DNA of 62,035 nucleotides, counting the filler. It is 5 parts of 5 records of this genome, joined end to end, with 100 filler letters (N's around TTAATTAATTAA, not from the genome) between each part and the next. Parts side by side here need not be neighbours in the genome. Positions count along the whole stretch, not along the records: positions 54,724 to 62,035 come from SRR20825019_188; 4 more parts are not named here. The stretch is one strand, 5' to 3'. Shown here piece after piece: positions 55,667-62,035 of this stretch. The number at the start of each line of letters is the position of its first letter. Positions within the stretch are counted from its first letter, which is position 1. The notes beneath the pieces are model-generated. The model worked only from the letters and a program-made list of their open reading frames with translations. It was not told the origin of the DNA and did no database searches. A program made the position numbers and the translations under genes.

Positions 55667-56641
55667 ATGAGCGGATTTGACAACCCCTATGGCGGTTCCT
55701 TCGGCGGCCAGATGAATGTTTCGGCCGATGGCGCCGTCAATGGCGCGGCCCCCCCCCGCGGGCTGATCAAGGACACGACCACCGCCGAATTCGCCAAGGA
55801 TGTCATCGAGGAATCGAAGAGCCAGCCGGTGCTTGTGGATTTCTGGGCACCCTGGTGCGGCCCGTGCAAGCAGCTTGGCCCCGTGCTCGAAAAGGCGGTG
55901 ACGGCTGCGGCCGGCAAGGTCAAGCTGGTGAAGATGAACATCGACGATCACCCGTCGATCGCCGGCCAGCTCGGCATCCAGTCGATCCCCGCCGTCATCG
56001 CGTTTTCCGCCGGCCAACCGGTGGACGGCTTCATGGGCGCCGTGCCGGAAAGCCAGGTCAACGAATTCATCACCAAGCTTTCACAGAACGCCCCGTCCGA
56101 GCAGGATCGCAAGGCCGAAATCGCCGGCGCGCTCGATCAGGCCGAGCAGATGCTCGCCGAGGAGAAGCTGCAGGAGGCCGGACAGTTGTTCGCCGCCGTG
56201 ATGCAGGCCGATCCGGAAAACCCCAAGGCGCTTGCCGGGATCGGGCGCTGCATGGTGGCGGCCGGCCAGCTCGATCGCGCCCGTCAGGTGCTGGAGCAGG
56301 TGCCGGAGGCGTTGCGCGAGGATGATGCCATCAAGGCGCTTGTCACCAAGATCGAGCAGATCGAGGAAGCGCGCAAGTTCGGCGATCCGGCAGCCCTCGA
56401 ACATGCCCTTGCCCAGAACCCGGACGATCATGAAGCCCGCATGAAGCTTGCCAAGGTGCTGAATGCCGAAGGCAAGCGCGAGGCTGCAGCCGAGCAGCTT
56501 CTGATTATCATGCGAAAGGACCGCGAATTCGACGATGACGGCGCGCGCAGGCAGTTGGTCGCGTTTTTCGAAGCCTGGGGGCCGAAGGACCCGGCGACGA
56601 TTTCCGCCCGCCGGAGGCTTTCGACCATCCTCTTTTCCTGA
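55667..56641 (+). CDS. cnoX: Thioredoxin-TPR chaperedoxin (CnoX/YbbN)
   Basis: VDFWAPWCGPC, TPR region, C-terminal ARRRLSTILFS. Confidence 0.9.
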   Translation: MSGFDNPYGGSFGGQMNVSADGAVNGAAPPRGLIKDTTTAEFAKDVIEESKSQPVLVDFWAPWCGPCKQLGPVLEKAVTAAAGKVKLVKMNIDDHPSIAGQLGIQSIPAVIAFSAGQPVDGFMGAVPESQVNEFITKLSQNAPSEQDRKAEIAGALDQAEQMLAEEKLQEAGQLFAAVMQADPENPKALAGIGRCMVAAGQLDRARQVLEQVPEALREDDAIKALVTKIEQIEEARKFGDPAALEHALAQNPDDHEARMKLAKVLNAEGKREAAAEQLLIIMRKDREFDDDGARRQLVAFFEAWGPKDPATISARRRLSTILFS

Positions 56642-56655
56642 AGGACGATATCGCC

Positions 56656-57321
56656 ATGCAGGTTGGCAATGCCCGCTATCTGACCGCGAAGGACTTGCCG
56701 GAGAGCGCTCCGGTGTTTCCGCTGACGGGCGGGTTGTTGCTGCCGCACGGGCAATTGCCGCTGAATATTTTCGAGCCGCGCTATCTGGCCATGGTCGATC
56801 AGGCGATAGCCGGAAACCGGCTTATCGTCATGGCCCAGCCCACCCGCCATGACGAGACGCTTGCGGTGACCGATGCCACGCCTGTTTCCAATATCGGATG
56901 TCTCGGGCGGATTACCTCGTTTGCGGAAACCGGCGACGGGCGGTATCTGGCGGCGCTTACCGGCATTTGCCGTGTGCGCCTGATCGACGAGTTGAAAACG
57001 GTCCGGCCGTTCCGCAGCTTTACCATCACCCCTTTCCTTGGCGATCTCAAATCCGAAGGCCAGGACGACGGCGTTGACCGGGCGGGTCTTATCCGGGCCT
57101 TCCGGAACTATCTCGATTCCGAAGGGCTCGATACCGAGTGGGATCATATCGAGCAGGCGAGCAATCTCACGCTCGTCAATTCGCTGTCGATGATGGCGCC
57201 GTTCGGGCCCGCTGAAAAACAGGCGTTGCTGGAAGCGCCCGACCTCAAGTCGCGGGCGGCGCTGTTCATCGCGATCATAGAATTCGCGCTCGCCGGCGAT
57301 CCAGGCGATCGGCTGCAATAG
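56656..57321 (+). CDS. Lon N-terminal substrate-binding domain protein
   Basis: [35 protein letters not shown]. Confidence 0.92.
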   Translation: MQVGNARYLTAKDLPESAPVFPLTGGLLLPHGQLPLNIFEPRYLAMVDQAIAGNRLIVMAQPTRHDETLAVTDATPVSNIGCLGRITSFAETGDGRYLAALTGICRVRLIDELKTVRPFRSFTITPFLGDLKSEGQDDGVDRAGLIRAFRNYLDSEGLDTEWDHIEQASNLTLVNSLSMMAPFGPAEKQALLEAPDLKSRAALFIAIIEFALAGDPGDRLQ

Positions 57322-57329
57322 GAAAAGAC

Positions 57330-57518
57330 ATGATCGCCAAGGAAGCCGGGATCGATCCCAAGATGCTCGAACTGCTCATCTGCCCGCTGACCAAGGGACG
57401 GCTGAGCTATGATGGCGAGCGCCAGGAGCTTGTCTCGCAAAAGGCGAAACTCGCCTATCCGATCCGCGACGGCGTGCCGATCATGCTGGCCTCCGAGGCG
57501 CGTCCGCTCGAAGACTGA
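57330..57518 (+). CDS. Trm112-like (UPF0434) protein
   Basis: [27 protein letters not shown]. Confidence 0.92.
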   Translation: MIAKEAGIDPKMLELLICPLTKGRLSYDGERQELVSQKAKLAYPIRDGVPIMLASEARPLED

Positions 57519-57772
57519 GTTCGGCCGGATACAGGCCCACTTGCCGAGGCGGGGCCACTGCTCTACCTTTACTTTATTAGCAAACTTTGCGCGAGAGACA
57601 GGAATGGTTTCATTCCGTAAAGTTATGCGGGCTAACGTGCGGCAAAGCCCAGAACCGGTTTCGCTGCGGGCTTTGCGTGAGAGCAAGAAGAGAGCATTGT
57701 CGGGGCGCCGAAATATGCTCGGGAAGTGTTGGATTGCCCTTTAGGCCTGATCGGCCGGGGGACGGAGATCAG

Positions 57773-58354
57773 ATGTCGCGTGTCATCATGCTGGCCCCGG
57801 CCGGAGACGAGTTTTATCCGGTCCGGGTGGAGCGGTCCTATTTCAGGCGCGGTGATGCGATCGTCGAAGGCGATCCGCTTTACGATCTCGCCACCACCAA
57901 CGGAAGGCAGTTGAGGATTCGCGCGACACACAGCGGCCGCGCGGTCTCGCCGCCCTATGAGGCCGGCGATCATCTGGACGCGCCCGAAAGCCTGATTGAA
58001 ATCGAACTCGGTTTTCACGAACGCGCGCGCCCGGCCCCGCAGCCGGCCGAGATACCGGCGGTTCCGGCATGGGACGATGATGTTGACGACGAGGTGTGGG
58101 ATGCCAGCCCGCGCCGAACCCGAAAACAGGACCCGCGCAAAATCCTGCCGTGGCTCGGCGGCGGCGTCATCGCGCTTGTGCTTTTCGGCGTAGTGGGCTG
58201 GTTTGCGCTGTCATATATGCCGCTCGGCTCCGACAGCGGGGATACTGACGGCTATTACGGCGCGCGCACCGGACTGGAGCCGCTCGGGGGCAAACGCCGG
58301 CTTTTCATTTCGGACGAACAGCAGGAAAGGTTCGAGCTATGGCTCGATACATAG
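57773..58354 (+). CDS. Hypothetical: N-terminal biotinyl/lipoyl-like domain, linker, single TM
   Basis: GDAIVEGDPLYDL..IRATHSG..GDHL..LIEIE pattern without the modified Lys; TM WLGGGVIALVLFGVVGWFAL; GGAG RBS. Confidence 0.65.
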   Translation: MSRVIMLAPAGDEFYPVRVERSYFRRGDAIVEGDPLYDLATTNGRQLRIRATHSGRAVSPPYEAGDHLDAPESLIEIELGFHERARPAPQPAEIPAVPAWDDDVDDEVWDASPRRTRKQDPRKILPWLGGGVIALVLFGVVGWFALSYMPLGSDSGDTDGYYGARTGLEPLGGKRRLFISDEQQERFELWLDT

Positions 58355-59301
58355 CGTCTCTGCTGCTGGGCGGGCTCGTGCTGTTTCCGCCCGCCGCGGC
58401 GAGCGCCGATGGCAATCGTCTGGTCGAGGCGAGAGGGCAGAGCTACAGTGCGAGCTTCACCACTTCAGCGTCGCCGGCGGACGCGCCGTCGTCGAGCAGT
58501 CTCGTCTGGGATGCGGATCTGCAAATGACGCTGGAGCATGACGCGCCGGTTCTGACGGCCCGTTTTCGCTACGAGATCGAGGACTGGCGCTATCTGCTGC
58601 CGACGTTCGGACCGGGAACGGTGCAGGCGTGGTCGCCGGAAGACGCGACTGGCGCGGCGCTGCCCGAGGAGGCGCCGCGTATCCAACCCCTTGAACTGAA
58701 GCTGATGTTCCGGTTTTACGCGCCCGCGCAGAATTCCTATGTCGGCGTGTCGCGGGAAATCGCAACGCCCGGCGCGCCGGGCGAATGGGCGGCGAGCGCA
58801 CCGGCGCGGCCGGACTGGGGTCAGACCTTCATCTGGCTGAGCGGCATCAACAAGGACGCGTGGCTTTCGCCGGATACGGCGCGTTCGGTCTGGCAGGGCG
58901 AGCTTCGTCCCGAGGGGGTGACGATCCTGGAGGCGGCGTGGTCGGCGGACGAACTGATGGCGTTTCTGGCAGAAAACAATATGCGCAATCGCGCGGTGGC
59001 CGCCGCCGAGGCGGTCAACCGGCTGCTCGACGGGGTGGCGCGCAGTTTCGGCTACGAGGTCGATGCGATGCGCGAGGACCCGGAAAAATACCTGGAGCCG
59101 GCGTTTCGCCGAGGGGTGCCGATCGCGCTGCTGCGCAAGCTTGAGCGGCTGAAACACCTGCCGAACGGGCTGAAGCAGGGCGATGCCGCTGCCTATGAGC
59201 AGGCCCGCAGAGAGGCCGACGCGATCATGGCCGCCATGGAAAGCGACCGGGCAGGCCATGTCGGGCAGGTGCAGCCGGGCGGGGAGGTCGATAATGACTA
59301 G
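58339..59301 (+). CDS. Hypothetical secreted protein
   Basis: Signal peptide ending AASA; overlaps the upstream gene; beta-rich N-half and helical C-half. Confidence 0.7.
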   Translation: MARYIASLLLGGLVLFPPAAASADGNRLVEARGQSYSASFTTSASPADAPSSSSLVWDADLQMTLEHDAPVLTARFRYEIEDWRYLLPTFGPGTVQAWSPEDATGAALPEEAPRIQPLELKLMFRFYAPAQNSYVGVSREIATPGAPGEWAASAPARPDWGQTFIWLSGINKDAWLSPDTARSVWQGELRPEGVTILEAAWSADELMAFLAENNMRNRAVAAAEAVNRLLDGVARSFGYEVDAMREDPEKYLEPAFRRGVPIALLRKLERLKHLPNGLKQGDAAAYEQARREADAIMAAMESDRAGHVGQVQPGGEVDND

Positions 59302-60451
59302 AGCGCGTCCAGGAAAAGCGGACACCGGTTTTCCGTCCGGGCGCGTGGAACAGCAAAAGGCTAGAGCCTGTTCGCGATTCAACGAAATGCGGACAGGCTC
59401 CAGGCGGATATCGCGGCTGCGCCGCTTCCTGTTCGTGTTGCTCGCGGGCTGGGGTTTCGTCTCCGCGGCATTGGCTGCGACCTTCGTCGAGCCGGCGGAC
59501 ACGGGCCCCGGCCGGGATCGCAGCCTCGCCGCGATCGTCAGCGGGGTAGGCGATGTTGTCTGCACCGGTACGGTCATCGGTCCGCGTCATGTTTTGACGG
59601 CGGCGTCCTGCGTGATCGATCCCGAGACCGGCGCACCGTTTGAGGACCGGCAGGTCATGCCGCGTATCGATCTCGATGACGGTTATATTCCCGCCGCGCG
59701 GCGCTTCGTTCAGCGCGTCTATCTGCCGGCCGCCGATGCGCCGTTCGGCCCGGGCGGGTCGCTGGAAAGTCAGCTCGCGATTGTCGAGGTGAAGGAGGCG
59801 GACGGCCAGCCTGCCTTTTCCGAGGTTACCTCGGAGACGGGCTTTCACTATGGCCATGCCGGCAATGATGAGGGCCTGGGGGCGCTTTTCTATGACGCCG
59901 CCACTGGCGGCCAGATGACGAGCATCAGTTGCGCGGCGCTCGCCATCGAGGCCGGCGATCTCATGCCACTGTCCTGCACCCTGCCGGAAGGCGCCGCCGG
60001 CGCCGCCATCCGCTCGGCCTCGGGTATTGTCGGCATCTATCTCGGTCCGGGGCGCGGCCGCTATATCGGCAAGGCGGAACAGGTGGGGATCGGCCGGATC
60101 ATCACCGGGCTTCAGCCCGGCCATTTCCGCGTGGCGGAAGCCGGCTACGCGCCGTTCATCTCATTCGTACTGGCCAATGCCTGTGACCAGCCGATCAGCT
60201 ATGTCGCCCGCTATCGGCCGATCGCCGCGCGCAGGGATCAGCCTTTCACCACGGTATCCGGAGAGGTCGATGCGGGAGCGAGTGCGATACTGCCGCTGAA
60301 GACCGAGAATGGCGTGATTTATCTTCGCGCAACAGCCGAGGGTGGCGGCCTGACCTGGGGCGGGGACCATCGGTTTGGCGGCGAGGGCTATTTCAAGGTG
60401 GCGATCGCCGATTGGGGCGACCACTTCCACGCGCTGAGCTGCGGCGAATGA
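59294..60451 (+). CDS. Secreted trypsin-like (S1) pseudoprotease with C-terminal DUF1036-like beta domain
   Basis: CTGTVIGPRHVLTAASCV, SCTLPEGAAGAAI..IVGIY; C-terminal LANACDQPISY..IYLRA..TWGG; GGGGAGG RBS before ATG 59294. Confidence 0.7.
   Translation: MTRARPGKADTGFPSGRVEQQKARACSRFNEMRTGSRRISRLRRFLFVLLAGWGFVSAALAATFVEPADTGPGRDRSLAAIVSGVGDVVCTGTVIGPRHVLTAASCVIDPETGAPFEDRQVMPRIDLDDGYIPAARRFVQRVYLPAADAPFGPGGSLESQLAIVEVKEADGQPAFSEVTSETGFHYGHAGNDEGLGALFYDAATGGQMTSISCAALAIEAGDLMPLSCTLPEGAAGAAIRSASGIVGIYLGPGRGRYIGKAEQVGIGRIITGLQPGHFRVAEAGYAPFISFVLANACDQPISYVARYRPIAARRDQPFTTVSGEVDAGASAILPLKTENGVIYLRATAEGGGLTWGGDHRFGGEGYFKVAIADWGDHFHALSCGE
59298..59403. mobile_element. Bru-RS-like rhizobial palindromic repeat / MITE
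   Basis: CTAGAGCGCGTCC-GGAAAA..CCGGTTTTCC..CTAGAGCCTGTTCGC..GCGGACAGGCTCCAG: two hairpins bounded by CTAG/CCAG. Confidence 0.75.
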
Positions 60452-60463
60452 GTGCGAAGCGTC

Positions 60464-60697
60464 TCACTCCCCTGGCGTGTCTCTGTTGCTGAAATAATGC
60501 CGGTCGGGCGACAGGAAGAAGACGTAGGCCATATAGCCCGCCGCCGCGCCGAACGGGATCGCCCACAAGGGCGAGCCGATGAACAGCTCGGCGACCGCCC
60601 AGCCGGCGCATAATACCACCGCGAGGATACGCACCCATAGCGGTTTCAGCGAGGGGTGTTTGAGATCGAAACTCTTGCGCCAGTCCGCGCCCGCCAT
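60464..60697 (-). CDS. Small two-TM rhizobial membrane protein
   Basis: DLKHP.LKPLWVR..C.GWA..E..W..F; GGAG-like RBS. Confidence 0.7.
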   Translation of the reverse strand: MAGADWRKSFDLKHPSLKPLWVRILAVVLCAGWAVAELFIGSPLWAIPFGAAAGYMAYVFFLSPDRHYFSNRDTPGE

Positions 60698-60868
60698 GGC
60701 TTGCCCTTTCTCCACTGTATTCGTCCGGAGCGGATCCGCCTTTGACGAAAGCCCGTTCCACTTGCTGATCCTACGGCATGTCGCAGCCGGGCGATTGCAC
60801 CTGACCGCGACATGCGCGTTTCCGAGAGATAGCCTTGTTTGGGGGCCGCATTCAAGCGCTGTGTGGAC

Positions 60869-61906
60869 TCAGACCAGCATCGCGACCACTTCGGTCGCGC
60901 CGTAGCCGAGGTTGTAGGTTGCTTCTCCGGTGAATGCCAGACGCGCGTCGTCGCCGACGGCAAAATAGGCGACAGACGTTGCCGACAGCGTGACCTCGTC
61001 TCCGCCGGTCGTCCCGCCGCGCACGATCGCCACGTTTTCCGAGCCGTTTTTTTCGAGCGTGACCGCGAAGGCTTCGCTTGCGCTTGCCGCGACATTGAGG
61101 GTGATCGCGTAGTAGCCGCTGACCGGAAACAACAGCGTCAGCCCGCCGCCGGAAACGGCCGAGCCGAGGGAGAAACCGCCCTGGCCGGTATAGAGCGTGT
61201 CGAAACCGAGCGCGGTCGGCGCGTCGATCGGCATGGCGCCGGAGGCAAGCGCTGCGCGCGCGAGCGGGCGTTCCGGCATGATGACGGCGCCGGAGGGGGC
61301 GACGCGAAGGGCCTCGAACCAGCTCGATCCGTCCGGGCTGATCTTGATCGCAAATCCGTCAGTGCCGGCAAGGCCCATCTCGGCGCGGCCGGACCAGCCG
61401 GTCTGGAACAGCAGCGATGCGGTGTCACCCGGCGTCGCCTTGTTGATCTTGAGCTGATGGCCGGCGCCGGCATTGTTCAGCAACGTCGCCGGCGCCATGA
61501 CCGAAAGGCGGTTGGTCGCATCCGCCGTGGCGTTGATGCCGACCATCGCAAACACCGCGTCATTCGGCGCGGGCGGCGTCACCCAGCCGGAACCATCGAA
61601 TATGCGCCATGCCTCATCGCTGCCAAACCAGGCCGACCAGCCTGCCGCAGGGGCAACGAACTGCCATAGGCCATCCTGATAGATTGCGATGTCGCCGGCG
61701 TGGCCGGCAAACAGGCCGGTGGGGCTTGCACCGACCAGATGGCAGACGCCGTCGGCGGGCGTTTCCGGCGGGGCCTCGTCCTCTCCGGCGATCAGCAAGT
61801 GAGTGATTGCATCGAGGCGCTGCAGCGCCTCGTTATGGGTAACGTGTTTTTGCGCCTGGGCGGGCAGGATAAAGGGAAGGCCCAGCTTCGATGTTGCATC
61901 CGACAT
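60869..61906 (-). CDS. DUF2793-like protein with C-terminal beta (C1q-like?) region
   Basis: LPFILPAQAQKHVTHNEALQRLD, W.F.AP..GW, GINATADATNRL, LLFQTGWSGRAEMGLAG. Confidence 0.85.
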   Translation of the reverse strand: MSDATSKLGLPFILPAQAQKHVTHNEALQRLDAITHLLIAGEDEAPPETPADGVCHLVGASPTGLFAGHAGDIAIYQDGLWQFVAPAAGWSAWFGSDEAWRIFDGSGWVTPPAPNDAVFAMVGINATADATNRLSVMAPATLLNNAGAGHQLKINKATPGDTASLLFQTGWSGRAEMGLAGTDGFAIKISPDGSSWFEALRVAPSGAVIMPERPLARAALASGAMPIDAPTALGFDTLYTGQGGFSLGSAVSGGGLTLLFPVSGYYAITLNVAASASEAFAVTLEKNGSENVAIVRGGTTGGDEVTLSATSVAYFAVGDDARLAFTGEATYNLGYGATEVVAMLV

Positions 61907-61998
61907 GAAAATCTCCTTCGCGGGCTGCGTTTAGACAAGCCTAGTGCCGCGCGGGAAGATGAGAAAAATGGTTGGCGGAAGGGCGGAAATAGGGGTTT

Positions 61999-62035
61999 CC
62001 TGGAGCCTGGAGCCTGGAGCCTGGGGCCTGGAGCC
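61999..62035. repeat. Heptamer tandem repeat (CCTGGAG)n at window end
   Basis: Five units, one CCTGGGG variant, running off the edge. Confidence 0.85.

Noticed and set aside
57578..57676. Possible c-di-GMP-I riboswitch (GCAAAC..GGCAAAGCCC..GGGCTTTGC) upstream of the three-gene operon
   Set aside because: No GNRA-capped P2 stem or correct spacing; only two simple inverted repeats (57601-57616, 57642-57676). An Rfam scan would settle it.

Overview
The window is an artificial concatenation of five contigs joined by 100-nt N-TTAATTAATTAA-N spacers (7410-7509, 26632-26731, 40921-41020, 54624-54723), so gene neighbourhood across spacers means nothing. (1) 1-7409: alphaproteobacterial (Rhizobiales-type) beta-ketoadipate cluster pcaJ'-I-B-G-H-C-D / pcaQ / pobR / pobA'. 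(2) 7510-26631: an unidentified intron-containing microbial eukaryote. Its genes strictly alternate in orientation (secreted acidic protein, PCIF1-like methyltransferase with GPPY instead of NPPF, CHFR, DIxG-repeat protein, Sfi1-like protein, FHA plus divergent forkhead-like protein, hypothetical), with very GC-rich islands at every head-to-head junction. (3) 26732-40920: a Bacteroidota (Flavobacteriaceae-like) conjugative element with ssb, DUF6876-like, RadC/JAB, oriT-like region, BfmA-like, MobB-like relaxase, coupling protein, TraN and TraM. It carries an AT-rich run of small cargo genes preceded by a degenerate attC-like palindrome. (4) 41021-54623: an intronless, single-strand, very compact gene array typical of a kinetoplastid (HSP70, ERGIC/Erv46, M18 aminopeptidase, SPMIP1-like, SPC22, membrane-bound cytidylyltransferase, hypotheticals). 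(5) 54724-62035: Rhizobiales tRNA-Gly fragment, ProX/YbaK, CnoX/YbbN, Lon-N, Trm112, then an uncharacterised three-gene envelope operon and a DUF2793-like gene. That operon encodes a Lys-less lipoyl-like membrane protein, a secreted protein and a catalytically dead trypsin-like protein with a palindromic MITE inserted in frame. The best candidates for undescribed biology are the cassette-like ICE cargo and the three-gene operon. All family assignments come from motif recognition by eye, not database searches.
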